DNA of 64,000 nt from Nitrospinales bacterium (GCA_965262115.1 OZ253496.1:1280001-1344000); one strand, 5' to 3'. Shown: positions 18,730 through 29,794, counted from the first letter of the stretch. Made by a program: numbers and translations. Notes: generated by a model from the letters alone, not told the origin.

Positions 18730-20280
18730 TTAATGTTTGAAATGGCGGGTGCCGGTAAACAGCATGGCTATTTTGTGTTCGTTTGCCGCTTGTAAAACTT
18801 CTTCATCTCGAATGGAGCCGCCCGGGGAAATAATGGAAGTGATGCCATTTTTCGCAGCTTCGTCAATGGCATCCCGGAAAGGGAAAAACGCATCCGAGGC
18901 CATGACCGCACCCTGCAAAGGCTTGCGTGCCTTCTCGATGGCGACGCGGGCTGAATCGACCCGGCTCATCTGCCCCGCGCCAATACCAAGAATTTCCCGG
19001 TCTTTGGCATAAACAATGGCATTGGATTTAACATGCTTGGCCACGATCCAGGCGAATTTCATATCCTCCATTTCCCGGTCATCGGGTTTTCTTTCGCTGA
19101 CCACCTTGAGTTGGTCCTCGACATAGGTCAACAAGTCCTGGCTTTGGACCAACAGGCCGCCGCCAATCCGCTTCAAATCAAATTTTCCGGCATCCTCGGT
19201 CGATCCCATTTCCGGCATCTGCATAAGCCGAACATTTTTTTTCGCGGCAAACAGTTTCAAAGCTTCCGGATCAAAACCCGGCGCCACAACGGCTTCGACA
19301 AAGTTTTTAACAATTTCATCCGCAGTTTGGACAGTAACCGGCCGATTGAACCCAAGGATTCCCCCAAACGCAGATATCGGGTCCACCTCCCGGGCGACGA
19401 TAAACATTTTTAACTGGTCCTCGCCCTTCCCCACACCACAGGGATTGGTGTGCTTGATAATCGCTACCGCCCCTTTATCAAATTCCTTGACCAACTCCCA
19501 GGCAGCATTCAAATCTATAAAATTGTTAAAAGAGAGTTCTTTACCCTGAAGCTGTTTGGCAGAAACAATCTCTGACGGTAATGGAGACATTTCTTTATAC
19601 AATGCGGCGGACTGGTGAGGGTTTTCGCCATAGCGCAGTTCCTGCACTTTTTCAAACGGCTGGTTCAGCAGAGGTGGAAAGTTGGCATCTTCTTGCCATT
19701 TTCCGGTTAAATAAGTTGATATCAAGGAATCATAACGGGCAGTGTGCGCAAACGCGTCCCGGCACAGCCGCCTGCGTGTTTCAAGGGTCACGACTCCAGC
19801 TTTTATTTCCTCCAAAACCGGACCATACTCGTCCGGGTTCACCAGAACCACCACATCCTCGGAATTTTTCGCCGCCGAGCGAATCATCGCAGGACCACCA
19901 ATATCAATATTCTCAATGGCCTCTTCCAGAGAACAATCTTTGCGTGCTACCGTCTGCTCAAATGGATACAGGTTGATCACCACCAAGTCGATGGGCCGAA
20001 TTCCATGAACTTCCATTGCCTTGACATGTTCCGGCACATCTCTGCGAGCCAGAATCCCGCCGTGGACCCTGGGATCGAGCGTCTTGATCCTGCCATCCAT
20101 CATTTCCGGGAAACCGGTATAGTCGGAGACCTGAATCACAGGGACTCCACCCTTACGCAATAAGTCCGCCGTGCCACCGGTGGAAAGTATCTCGACACCG
20201 GATTTCTGCAGTTCGAGAGCGAACTCCAATATACCGGTCTTATCCGATACGCTTATCAATGCCCGTTGAATGGGTTTCAT
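18730..20280 (-). CDS. purH: Bifunctional AICAR transformylase/IMP cyclohydrolase
   Basis: RALISVSDKTG, DIGGP, LRYGENPHQ, SDAFFPF, RHFKH. Confidence 0.97.
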   Translation of the reverse strand: MKPIQRALISVSDKTGILEFALELQKSGVEILSTGGTADLLRKGGVPVIQVSDYTGFPEMMDGRIKTLDPRVHGGILARRDVPEHVKAMEVHGIRPIDLVVINLYPFEQTVARKDCSLEEAIENIDIGGPAMIRSAAKNSEDVVVLVNPDEYGPVLEEIKAGVVTLETRRRLCRDAFAHTARYDSLISTYLTGKWQEDANFPPLLNQPFEKVQELRYGENPHQSAALYKEMSPLPSEIVSAKQLQGKELSFNNFIDLNAAWELVKEFDKGAVAIIKHTNPCGVGKGEDQLKMFIVAREVDPISAFGGILGFNRPVTVQTADEIVKNFVEAVVAPGFDPEALKLFAAKKNVRLMQMPEMGSTEDAGKFDLKRIGGGLLVQSQDLLTYVEDQLKVVSERKPDDREMEDMKFAWIVAKHVKSNAIVYAKDREILGIGAGQMSRVDSARVAIEKARKPLQGAVMASDAFFPFRDAIDEAAKNGITSIISPGGSIRDEEVLQAANEHKIAMLFTGTRHFKH

Positions 20281-20572
20281 CAAATAAAGAAAAATGTTAA
20301 GTTTATTGGGGAAGTTTTCTTTTGGGAGCCGGAGACTTCGATATCAGAAAACCCGGGGTCAGCGCACTGATCAGCTTCAATAACCAGACCGGAAAAGAGC
20401 CGTAGGACTCCCAAAGCGCGGGTTCTTCTTTCTGGGGTTGGGGTGCAGTTTTCTTGGGATCGGTCATCACTCACCTCTCCATGATAAAAGGGTTCGGAAT
20501 ACAAATGAAATGCGAAGTCTACACTTTTTCCCCTAATTTTTAAATAAAAATCCGCCGGCCACTTGGCACCAG

Positions 20573-20613
20573 TACCCCCTCCGGGGCATGAAGGCAAATG
20601 AGGGGGCACCACA
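20573..20613 (+). mobile_element. 41-bp micro-element inserted into the hairpin CCAG^CGTGACGCTGG
   Basis: Uninterrupted CCAGCGTGACGCTGG occurs at 31811-31825. Confidence 0.8.
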
Positions 20614-20704
20614 CGTGACGCTGGACCCAATGAATAGTAGTTTCTTCAGCCGAGAGACCCTTTTGCTAACCCAAGGCGGTTATTGCTGGTTGACCGTTCT
20701 CACC

Positions 20705-22501
20705 TTAGCCTTCATGCCCCGGAGGGGTATGCCTAGTGGTTGAGAGGCCATGGGTAAATTTCCAGTCAATCGGGCGGGTGAGATCCAGGCTGCCAAACTG
20801 AGTCTCAAGGTTTTTAGCGCATTCTTGCAGCAAGTCCTGTAAACACTTCTTATCCGAGTCCGTCCAAGCCATGGGAGCCTGTAGCAATTCCTGTTCGAAG
20901 GCCGCGAAGAGGTCTTCATTGCACAGCTTTGCCTCTTCCTGGAAAATGCCCGGTAGAAAGATCATTTCCAGAAAACTCTTTGCCGCCGCATCAGCAATCG
21001 GCTCACAGGATAACCGACTGAATAAAATGTACTGCGCCAAGGCTGTGGTCACCAAAGTTAACAGGTTTGAGGATTCACGGGGTTCCGAGCCATCACCGTG
21101 TAAAGACGAAAATGCTGATTCGCTCAATCCTAATCCCTGCCGGGCAAAGCGGCTGTAAAATTTCCATCGGGCTAAAAAGTCATTAACGGCCTTAACATCT
21201 TTCATGGATTTCAGATCCCGCCAATTGAAAGAATCCTCGTTTTTTTCCGCGACCTGAGGAAAACGAAAAACCAAAGCACCCAGCCTTTCCTTGTCCCCCG
21301 CTGAAATAAAATGTTCAATATAGGAACCATTTTCGTTAATGAAAGAACTTGCCAGAGACTGAACCTGTCTTAATTGTTCATAGCCCACTTGAAAAAACGA
21401 CTGCATCCAAACCTGATCCAGCAAGGCCGCTCCCTTTTTCAGGTCGTTTTCTGCCCCCAACTCCAGACCTATATTTATATACCCCAGTGTTTTTCTAAGA
21501 GCCCGCTGGCGGACATCCTTGGATGACAGCTCCAGCCTATCGGCAACAATAACTTTGTTGGCCAGGCAAACCAGTTCCCAACGCAGGGTTTCAAGGCGGC
21601 TTTCGTTTTCCAGAATGGCCAGGCATTGAGTGAAAAAAAGAGTCTCATCTAACTGAGCCAGGGGATATCGGGGAGAAAGTTTGAACGGGCTCGAGGGGAG
21701 TTCTTCCAGTGAAGGCAGTTTTAACTTTAAAGTTTCCGGATCCAAACGGCTGTATATACCCACCGCATCCTGAAATTCAGGGATGCCTCTTTCGGCGGTT
21801 CGGTTCACTCTCCAGTTATAGGCCTGCTCCACTGTAAGAGTAACGGGATACCAAATCACCGCTTCCAGCAGGTTATAAAAAAGCTTTTGATCCTTTTCAT
21901 GAAGCAAAAGCAGAAGTTTTCTGATTTCTTTACTGTTCTCAACTTTGAAAAAAATATCATAAACTCCATCGGGGGTAAAATGTTCAAGTCCCTCCACCCC
22001 TTCGTAGGAATCCGTCATTTCATCCTTCTTATAGACTTTAAAAAAGGCTTGAAGGAGCATCACCTTTTGGTCAAAATCCTCCCCATAAAACCATTCCAGG
22101 GTTTCAGGGTCATGGCATTGATCCAGCAAAACGATCCACTCCAAAGCCCGCTTGGGTTGGAACTTGTCTCCCTGCCACCATTCCACATCAAAAACATATT
22201 GCAGTTGGTCCGGCGAAAACATGGATATCACCAGAAGGGAATCCTCTTTACCCACTTCCTTAATCAAATTATAGACCTCCTCCACAGGAAGGGACTGAGT
22301 CACCTCGACCGCTTTTTCGGAAAGCATGAGGAGTTTCTGTTGCAGATGTGGGTCAAGTCCAAGAATACATCGCGCCTGTTCTTCCACCGACAGTCCGGAC
22401 AAAATATCTTCCACCTTGCGTGGCTGGGTTTTCACCCAATCCACGGGAAAAGACAGGTCTCCCCCTATATATGAATTTTCTCTATCAATTTTATCGATCA
22501 T
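20705..22501 (-). CDS. Conserved hypothetical protein (DUF6178-like)
   Basis: IKEVG.EDS..., DVEWW.GD, TPDG.Y, ERG.PEF pattern recalled from DUF6178; ATG at 22501. Confidence 0.55.
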   Translation of the reverse strand: MIDKIDRENSYIGGDLSFPVDWVKTQPRKVEDILSGLSVEEQARCILGLDPHLQQKLLMLSEKAVEVTQSLPVEEVYNLIKEVGKEDSLLVISMFSPDQLQYVFDVEWWQGDKFQPKRALEWIVLLDQCHDPETLEWFYGEDFDQKVMLLQAFFKVYKKDEMTDSYEGVEGLEHFTPDGVYDIFFKVENSKEIRKLLLLLHEKDQKLFYNLLEAVIWYPVTLTVEQAYNWRVNRTAERGIPEFQDAVGIYSRLDPETLKLKLPSLEELPSSPFKLSPRYPLAQLDETLFFTQCLAILENESRLETLRWELVCLANKVIVADRLELSSKDVRQRALRKTLGYINIGLELGAENDLKKGAALLDQVWMQSFFQVGYEQLRQVQSLASSFINENGSYIEHFISAGDKERLGALVFRFPQVAEKNEDSFNWRDLKSMKDVKAVNDFLARWKFYSRFARQGLGLSESAFSSLHGDGSEPRESSNLLTLVTTALAQYILFSRLSCEPIADAAAKSFLEMIFLPGIFQEEAKLCNEDLFAAFEQELLQAPMAWTDSDKKCLQDLLQECAKNLETQFGSLDLTRPIDWKFTHGLSTTRHTPPGHEG

Positions 22502-22532
22502 GATTATGAAATTAGAAAAACATAACAACGCT

Positions 22533-23312
22533 TCATGGACGCAACATGATGGTTGTAAGGATTCTTCCTGTCTCTCCCTCGCGTCGATAGGAATACAGGT
22601 TTCGGGTGGAACAACAAGTGCAATGATCCATCGAAGAAATATTTTCCGGGAGAAGGCCGGCTTTTTCACCTTCCATTTTATTCACCGCGATCAAGTCCAG
22701 AAAGTATTTACCAGACGGGCCGCGCCGTAACCACCCCTTGTCATCAGGAAATAATTCTTTAAAAGGTTGAACACAGTCCTCACCCACCTCATAACAACAC
22801 CCTCCAATTGCAGGCCCAAACCCCACTACCAGCTCTGCGGGACGACATCCATACACCCGACCCATCTCCCCAATCACCTTAAAAAGAAGGCTTTTCTCGG
22901 ACCCTCTTCTTCCGGCATGAATGGCCCCAATCACTTTTAATCGCGGATCATAAACTAAAATGGGAAGACAATCTGCTGTAAAAATTCCGATAGGCCTTCC
23001 AGGAATTTGAGTCAACAAGGCGTCGGCAGAAATTTTTCCGGCCTCACTAAACGCAAGACCTGGATCATCCAAAACAAAAATATTATCACTATGAATCTGA
23101 TTGACCAAAAACAGGCTGCGGTTTTCTATCCCTATCGATTCTAAAAACCATTTCACATGTTCTCTTGCTTTTCCAGATTCACTATTGTTCCGGAAAGAAA
23201 ATTCTTCAATTTCACCCTGTTCATTTTCGAAGCAACGAGGACTGACGGCATGGACCAATTCCGGAAATGTTTCAAATTGACCAAATTTTAACTTTTCGAG
23301 CAAAATACTCAT
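22533..23312 (-). CDS. pgeF: YfiH/PgeF laccase-domain (purine nucleoside phosphorylase) protein
   Basis: QIH, ADAL, TADCLPI, IHAG, GPAI..CCYEV, YSYRR. Confidence 0.88.
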   Translation of the reverse strand: MSILLEKLKFGQFETFPELVHAVSPRCFENEQGEIEEFSFRNNSESGKAREHVKWFLESIGIENRSLFLVNQIHSDNIFVLDDPGLAFSEAGKISADALLTQIPGRPIGIFTADCLPILVYDPRLKVIGAIHAGRRGSEKSLLFKVIGEMGRVYGCRPAELVVGFGPAIGGCCYEVGEDCVQPFKELFPDDKGWLRRGPSGKYFLDLIAVNKMEGEKAGLLPENISSMDHCTCCSTRNLYSYRREGETGRILTTIMLRP

Positions 23313-23430
23313 AAAAAAATTTATTTTTTTCCAACCCATTTAAAACACTCAGAAAACAAATTCAGTATACTCGTAAAAAATTAAAAAAACCAAGCAAGGT
23401 GTTTCCCCCTTTTTTTGTGCAGGTTTCATC

Positions 23431-23476
23431 GGGTCACATAAAAATAGAACATTGGGTCACATAAAAATAGAACATT
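23431..23476. repeat. 23-bp perfect tandem duplication GGGTCACATAAAAATAGAACATT
   Basis: Two adjacent identical copies. Confidence 0.9.
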
Positions 23477-23548
23477 GACATATCGTATTCATAATTTTCG
23501 CTGCAACTGAATGCCCCCTCTAAAGCATTAATTTTTCTTAATATTCGC

Positions 23549-23576
23549 TTGACATCAAACGCTTATGTCATAAGAT
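23549..23576 (+). promoter_or_regulatory. Probable sigma70 promoter of the histone-like gene
   Basis: TTGACA-16 nt-TAAGAT. Confidence 0.45.
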
Positions 23577-23634
23577 GATAAACAGTATTTGGGCGCTGAA
23601 ACGAATACCGATTGACGTATGAAAGGAGATCTTG

Positions 23635-23859
23635 ATGGCAACTAAGAAAAAAGCTCCAAAAAGAAAAGCCGCTAAGAAAAAAGCTCCAAAAAGAAAAGCC
23701 GCTAAGAAAAAAGCTAAAAAGAAAGCTCCAAAAAGAAAAGTAGCTAAGCAAAAAGCTAAAAAGAAAGCTCCAAAAAGAAAAGTAGCTAAGAAAAAAGCTA
23801 AAAAGAAAGCTCCAAAAAGAAAAGTAGCTAAGAAAAAAGCTAAAGCTAGAAAAAGATAA
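23635..23859 (+). CDS. Histone H1-like Lys/Ala-rich DNA-binding protein
   Basis: KKKAPKRK(A/V)A repeats; RBS AAAGGAG upstream. Confidence 0.8.
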   Translation: MATKKKAPKRKAAKKKAPKRKAAKKKAKKKAPKRKVAKQKAKKKAPKRKVAKKKAKKKAPKRKVAKKKAKARKR

Positions 23860-23999
23860 TCAAGATGGTTTGATTTTCTTCTCAGCTAAAGCTGGTTTTA
23901 ACAGAAGCACTCTCAATTCAATTTCTAACGTATTAACCCATATCGTTTCAGCGCCCAACCAATACCGCTCGCCCACACAACCATTTGTTATTCCTGCCC

Positions 24000-25196
24000 T
24001 TATGGGCCTACCTTGAGATAGGCCGACTTTAGATAAAAAGCTTCGGCAAACGTTACCGGATGATCCAAAGCATGCCCCGTTCTAGCGATCTCTTCATATT
24101 TTATTCCTGCAGAACCAATTCCACGATAGACCGCATCATAAAAGTCGTTTTCTGGCACATGCGCCGAACAAGAAGCGGCAAATAGTATCCCCGATGCAAC
24201 CTCTGCACCCGCTTTAGCCAATTTTGCATAAGCCACTAAAGCCTGGGCTTTATGTTTCTTATTTCTGGCAAACGCAGGCGGATCCAAAATAACCAAGTCA
24301 AAAAACTGCTTTTCGGATTTTAACCCAGCCAGTATTTGGAAGGCGTCGCCCTCCTTTTGAGAAAAATTTTGAGATGGAAATGATTTTCCAGGGAAATTCA
24401 ATTCCAAGTTTCGCAATGATGTCTCCAATGCAAATGGATTACTGTCCACCTCCACCACCGACCTGCACCCGCCAGCCAAAGCGTATACCGAGAATCCCCC
24501 CGAATAACTGAAAACATTCAATACAGATCGGTCTTTAGCCATTTCCCGTATTTTTAACCGATTGTCCCTCTGGTCCAGAAAAAAGCCGGTTTTCTGCCCC
24601 TCAACAACATCCACCAAAAACTTCAGCCTATTTTCCTTGAATTGCACCCAGCTTGAGTTCCCGTCTCCAACTAAGATCTGTCCGTCCCGGTAAGCTGAGT
24701 GGACCCCAAATGATTTGCTAATGTTACGGGCTAATCGCAAAACCACCTGCCGACTTTTGAATTCCTTCTGAAATAATTCACAGAGTTCATCCAGAAACGG
24801 AAACCAACTTGCGGTGTACAGTTTCAGAACCAGGGTGTCCTCATAACGATCCAACACAAGCCCGGGAAGCCCGTCATTTTCACCGTTAATGACGCGATAA
24901 CCCGTTGTGCCCTGATGTTCCAGCTCCTCCCTGATTATTTTTGCGGACTGCAGACGCTCCAGAAAAAAGCCCGTATTGATTTCCCTTGGTTTTCCCAGGT
25001 TCAACACTCTAAAACAAAGATCAGCATCCGGGTCCCACAAACCCAGAGCCAAAAAACGGTTATTGTGATCGTAGATCACTCCCAGGTTTTCTGGCTGACT
25101 TTCAAGAATGCGGTTTTGAACCTGGTATTTGAAAACCCAGGGATACCCCTTGCGGATTTTGCCTTGTAGTGTTTTGGATATCTGGATCTTAATCAT
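24000..25196 (-). CDS. RlmI/RlmK-family rRNA methyltransferase
   Basis: GYPWVF (PUA-like), GQKTGFFLDQRDNR, VLNVFSYSGGF, ILDPPAF. Confidence 0.88.
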   Translation of the reverse strand: MIKIQISKTLQGKIRKGYPWVFKYQVQNRILESQPENLGVIYDHNNRFLALGLWDPDADLCFRVLNLGKPREINTGFFLERLQSAKIIREELEHQGTTGYRVINGENDGLPGLVLDRYEDTLVLKLYTASWFPFLDELCELFQKEFKSRQVVLRLARNISKSFGVHSAYRDGQILVGDGNSSWVQFKENRLKFLVDVVEGQKTGFFLDQRDNRLKIREMAKDRSVLNVFSYSGGFSVYALAGGCRSVVEVDSNPFALETSLRNLELNFPGKSFPSQNFSQKEGDAFQILAGLKSEKQFFDLVILDPPAFARNKKHKAQALVAYAKLAKAGAEVASGILFAASCSAHVPENDFYDAVYRGIGSAGIKYEEIARTGHALDHPVTFAEAFYLKSAYLKVGP

Positions 25197-25905
25197 TTAA
25201 TGGGCAATTCGCATGTGTGGCAGAGTATCGAGAATCTTGATTTGTCGGGCCTGCACATGTTTTGGGGTGGGTCTTTGCGTCCAATGCCGGGGATTGGGTA
25301 AGACAGCCGCCATCCATGCCGACTCAACCGGCGAAAGAAGTTTTGACGAATGCCGGAAATAGGTCTGGGCCGCCTGCTCGCAACCAAAGATACCATCTCC
25401 CCATTCAATCACATTCAAATAGACTTCCAGAATCCTCTGTTTGCTCCAAAAAAATTCAATCAGTACGGTAAAATAACTTTCCAGCAACTTGCGAAACTAG
25501 GTTCGGGTTTGCCACAGGAATACATTGCGAGCGGTTTGCATGGAAATCGTACTGGCTCCCACCCTCCGGTCTGTCGTGAGGTTTGTCGTGATTGCATGCT
25601 CGATGGCCAGCCAGTCAAACCCATGATGGGCGAAAAATTTCTGGTCCTCAGCAGCTAAGACCGCCTTCATAATATTCGGGGAAATTTTTTCAATGGACCT
25701 CCATGAATTCAGATATAGAGGAAGATTCTGCCCACTTTCCACCCAGCGAATCAACATCAGAGGTGTTGTGGGCGGGTTCACAAATCTGTATAGCAGGACA
25801 GGGGCAATTGTAAGAGCGACAAAACACAACAAAAGGTCAAAAACAATTTTCCAGACACGAATGCGGATGGGCTTTTTGCCCTTACCTGACTTTCTTTTTT
25901 TTCAC
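25197..25905 (-). pseudogene. mtgA: Monofunctional peptidoglycan transglycosylase, interrupted
   Basis: AEDQKF..H.GFD, GASTISMQ, RKLLE, KQRILEVYLN; in-frame TAG at 25497-25499; GTG start out of frame across a T8 tract at 25895-25902. Confidence 0.85.
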
Positions 25906-26031
25906 AGGTATCCCTCCCCACTAAGCGTGGAACCAATGCGCAATAGCTTGAATTGGCTGGCAAAAATGCTGGCGGCTGTAGTATCCCCTTCACTTGCCAT
26001 CATGCCCCGTAGGAGTGGTACTGGCTAGTGG

Positions 26032-27123
26032 TTAGCTTTCCTTTATCACAGAGCTATAGAGCTTAACAGTTTTTTGGAAGGACTGGTAATGCTGGGGAGG
26101 GATATTTCGGGTATAGCTTTTATGGTGCTTGAAGGTGAAAGGATTATAGATGGTTTTTTTATTTTTCCGGTTCTGAATCTCATAATGCAGGTGGGGCGCG
26201 AAGGTTCTTCCGGTGTTTCCCGATTCAGCGATCTGCTGGCCCGCCTGGATAGTCTGGCCCCGTTTCACTTTGACCCGGCTCAAGTGGAGGTAGAGAGTTT
26301 TTATTCCCAATTTAGGGTGATCGATTTCAACACAATAACCGTTGGCCCGCACATTCCAGTTGGCCCGCGTGACCTTTCCAGCAAATCCTGAATAAATGGG
26401 CGTCCCCACCTTGGCTTTAAAATCTGTCCCGGAATGCCCTCCTACCCCTTTGCGAAAATCGCCAGGCAGGGAAGTGATTTCAATATAATGCCGGATGGGG
26501 CTCTGGGCTTCGACAATACGTTGGGCAATCTCTTTTCCTTCACTGTCAAAATAGCCTCCATTGCCCTGGTCGAACTCATCAAAATAATAGGCCTCAAATG
26601 TTTTGCCAAATAACTGACTCTTATAGGAAAGTTTGAGAATTTTAAACTGCTCGGGTCCTTCCAGTTGCTGGTACACCACATCGATAGAGTCGCCGTTTCT
26701 CATGCTTTTTTTGATGTCCATGAACCACACCATGAGACGCCCGAGGTGTGCGGAAAGCGCGGCGCAGCCATTTTCCCGGGTTATCATTCTGCACACGGTA
26801 AAGTTCAGGGAATTCCGGATTTTAAAATTCAGCGAGTGGATAGCTTCGCTCTCAAGAGCCCTCTCGGATGGAACCGTGAATGACACGGGCTTGATAGTAG
26901 CAGGTTGAGGCACTTCCAATACCTCGGACGGTTTGACAGAGATTTGCGATACTATCCCGGTATCCTGCGGCAAAGACGCAACCGCAACATTATTTTGCTG
27001 GTCAAAAAAGAGGAGAAAAATATTCAGTCCCACCGAAACAATGAAGAGAAAAACAAATCCAAAGCGAAATTTATTTTTCCTTTGGATGTGCTGGTCAGAA
27101 AGCGAGGAGGTAGGAATGTGCAT
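26032..27123 (-). CDS. M23-family metallopeptidase
   Basis: HSGTDF, YLHLS, SGNTG...PHLHYE. Confidence 0.9.
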   Translation of the reverse strand: MHIPTSSLSDQHIQRKNKFRFGFVFLFIVSVGLNIFLLFFDQQNNVAVASLPQDTGIVSQISVKPSEVLEVPQPATIKPVSFTVPSERALESEAIHSLNFKIRNSLNFTVCRMITRENGCAALSAHLGRLMVWFMDIKKSMRNGDSIDVVYQQLEGPEQFKILKLSYKSQLFGKTFEAYYFDEFDQGNGGYFDSEGKEIAQRIVEAQSPIRHYIEITSLPGDFRKGVGGHSGTDFKAKVGTPIYSGFAGKVTRANWNVRANGYCVEIDHPKLGIKTLYLHLSRVKVKRGQTIQAGQQIAESGNTGRTFAPHLHYEIQNRKNKKTIYNPFTFKHHKSYTRNIPPQHYQSFQKTVKLYSSVIKES

Positions 27124-27231
27124 TTTCTTTCCTTCAGTTAAATGATAAAGTGATTCACAAAATTATCTCGTGGCCCCCCTCTACGGCGAGTAGCCGGGTC
27201 GGCCTCAAAACCTGCCTCATTATATAAAGCA

Positions 27232-28359
27232 ATGCCAATAAATACAATAGGCTCCACCCTCATCCCCAAAGAATACCAGCCCGATATTCTGTTCCTGGAA
27301 GACGGGGTGAGCGAGTATCCTCTGGTGCAAGAAATCCTCTCGCGGCTCCCCGGAGTTCCCCTGCAAACGTTTCAGGATATTTCTCTTCTCACGGAACAGA
27401 TGAAATCTTCACAGTACGATGTGTTTGGGGAAGGAAAAAAGCATTTGGCGTTATGCCGTTTTAAGGGTTCGTTCCTGAAGAAGTGTCCGGGTATCAGCCC
27501 GGGTATGGTGTGTTGCAATTATTATATTGTGAACTTATCGAAAAACTGCATTTACGATTGTTCTTATTGTTTCCTACAGGATTTTTTAGGCAACAACCCC
27601 ATGCAGGTGGTCTATGTTAATGTTGAAGACCTGCTTGGCGAGTTGGAAGAAGTGTTCACACAATATCCGGATCGCAATTTTCGGGTTGGGACGGGAGAAT
27701 TGACCGACAGCCTGGCCCTGGATACCATTGTCCCCTACACCGCCACCCTACTCCCCTTTTTCAACCGGCAGTCGAACGCCGTGCTGGAGTTAAAAACTAA
27801 GTCAGACCAGATTGCGAATCTATTGAACCATCCCGATCCTACAAATATTATTGTATCTTGGTCACTGAATCCACAAACCATCATTGATCAGGAGGAAAAG
27901 GGGACACCGGGGCTAGCCCAGCGGCTTGAATCTGCCCGAGCATGTCTGGATAAAGGTTACCGCATCGGATTTCATTTTGATCCAATCATTTTGATACCCG
28001 GTTGGGAGGAGGCCTACCGAGAGCTTGTCAATATTTTATGCGATACCCTACCTATCGATAAGGTGGCGTGGGTGAGCCTGGGAAGCTTTCGATATCGCCC
28101 TAGTCTGAAATTGATCATCAAAAACCGCCATCCGGAAACCCGCTTGTTCACCAGCGAACACCTGCCCAGCAAGGATGGCAAGTTCCGCTACCTTCGCCCC
28201 TTAAGGAACCAAGCCTACGAAACCATTCGCGGATATCTTATGTCCCGCTCGCAAGAATTAAACATTTATCTTTGTATGGAGACCCGGGAAATCTGGGAAG
28301 GCGTAACGGGAAAAACGCCAAGGAGTGATAAAAAACTGGATCAGTTTTTTGACCTTTGA
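27232..28359 (+). CDS. Spore photoproduct lyase-family radical SAM protein
   Basis: CIYDCSYCFLQ (CxxxCxxC), GELTDSLAL, LELKTKS, WSLNP. Confidence 0.85.
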   Translation: MPINTIGSTLIPKEYQPDILFLEDGVSEYPLVQEILSRLPGVPLQTFQDISLLTEQMKSSQYDVFGEGKKHLALCRFKGSFLKKCPGISPGMVCCNYYIVNLSKNCIYDCSYCFLQDFLGNNPMQVVYVNVEDLLGELEEVFTQYPDRNFRVGTGELTDSLALDTIVPYTATLLPFFNRQSNAVLELKTKSDQIANLLNHPDPTNIIVSWSLNPQTIIDQEEKGTPGLAQRLESARACLDKGYRIGFHFDPIILIPGWEEAYRELVNILCDTLPIDKVAWVSLGSFRYRPSLKLIIKNRHPETRLFTSEHLPSKDGKFRYLRPLRNQAYETIRGYLMSRSQELNIYLCMETREIWEGVTGKTPRSDKKLDQFFDL

Positions 28360-28368
28360 CCGAAAATC

Positions 28369-29475
28369 TTAGAGACGCATGGGCATGACGATGCTCTTAT
28401 ACTGGTCGTCATCCGTCACCGTAAACAGGCAGGAGTGATTTTGATCTTTTAGATTAAGCGTCACCGAATCCCCCTCAATAACATTGAGGATATTCAGAAC
28501 ATATTTTGCGTTAAGCCCGATAGAGACCTCTTCACCCTCATACTCAAGGGACATTTCCTCATGGGCATCTCCCAGATCCGTATTGTCTGAAATCAGGCTC
28601 AGGCTGCCTTTCTTGATTTCAAACCGAACCATTTTGGATTTTTCATCCGCCAGCAGAGCCACACGTTTCAACGCATGGGTCAGACCATCCCTATCAGCTT
28701 TGGCTTTCAAATTATTGTCTGACGGAACCACTTGCCGGTAATTAGGAAATTTTCCGTCTATTTTTCGGGACACAATCACATGCTTGCCGCAAATAAAAGC
28801 CAAGTGATTATCCTGGGAAGAAAACCCAAACGTTGCATCTTCGTCTTCCATCAGTTTCATCAATTCAGATAACGCTTTCTTGGGCAAAAGAAAACTCAAG
28901 ACCTCCCCTTTTGCCGCGTTTGATTTGACCGGTCGTGAAATCATCGCCAACCGGTGCCCATCCGTACCCACCAGACTCACGCTGTCTCCTTCCGCTTCCA
29001 GCAATAAACCGTTCAACGCCTGCCGGGTCTCATCGGGAGAAACCGAGAAAAAGGTTTTGCGAATCATTTCCTGCAAAATTTTGCTGTCAAATTCCAACAG
29101 TGGTTTTTCGCTGTATTCGGGCAAAGGAGGAAAATCATCAGGGGGAAGCCCAGGCAAACGGAATTTGGACTTTCCACACTTTAAAGTGATCCAGTTATTT
29201 TCTTCTTTTTTCAGATAGATTTCTTCATCCGGGAGTTCCCGGACAATGTCAAAAAGTTTTCTGGCATTGAGCGTCACAGCACCGGGCGCAGTCACATTCG
29301 CAGGGTAATGGCCCAAGGTCCCGATTTCCAAATCCGTGGCACGAATGCAGATGGTGTCTTTATCAGCGGAAAGATGCAGGTGGGAAAGAATGGGCATCGC
29401 CCCTTTGGGTTCCACGATTCCCTGAACTTTGTGCACCCCGTTCAGCAGGACGTCCCGACTTATTCTGACTTCCAT
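28369..29475 (-). CDS. dnaN: DNA polymerase III beta clamp
   Basis: ATDLE, GTDGHRL, FPNY, IVMPMRL. Confidence 0.97.
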   Translation of the reverse strand: MEVRISRDVLLNGVHKVQGIVEPKGAMPILSHLHLSADKDTICIRATDLEIGTLGHYPANVTAPGAVTLNARKLFDIVRELPDEEIYLKKEENNWITLKCGKSKFRLPGLPPDDFPPLPEYSEKPLLEFDSKILQEMIRKTFFSVSPDETRQALNGLLLEAEGDSVSLVGTDGHRLAMISRPVKSNAAKGEVLSFLLPKKALSELMKLMEDEDATFGFSSQDNHLAFICGKHVIVSRKIDGKFPNYRQVVPSDNNLKAKADRDGLTHALKRVALLADEKSKMVRFEIKKGSLSLISDNTDLGDAHEEMSLEYEGEEVSIGLNAKYVLNILNVIEGDSVTLNLKDQNHSCLFTVTDDDQYKSIVMPMRL

Positions 29476-29794
29476 AAAACTCCTTCAAAGTAGGTAAAAG
29501 CCGGTTTTCAGGCTTGAAGATTTTTAGCACAATTGCAAAAACCTGTCAAAGAGAAATGACGATTCCACAAAGCCACATACCTTGCAAAGAAAATCGCTAT
29601 AAAAACTCTTCACTTAAAGTATTTTTTTAGTCATCTGCATACGCCCCAAAAGCTGGAATACATTGAAAAAATGAACCATAATTCGAAAAAATTTTTATGG
29701 TGGAAATAGCATATAAATGTAGCTTTTTAAATGTTCATAAAATTGCTGTATTAACAAAATATCCAAAAAGTTATTTATCTTTTCGGAGGTATTT

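Noticed and set aside
27232..28359. Spore photoproduct lyase homolog as evidence of sporulation or novelty
   Set aside because: SplB-like radical SAM proteins are widespread in non-sporulating bacteria
29480..29790. oriC in the AT-rich region upstream of dnaN
   Set aside because: No cluster of consensus DnaA boxes (TTATCCACA) seen
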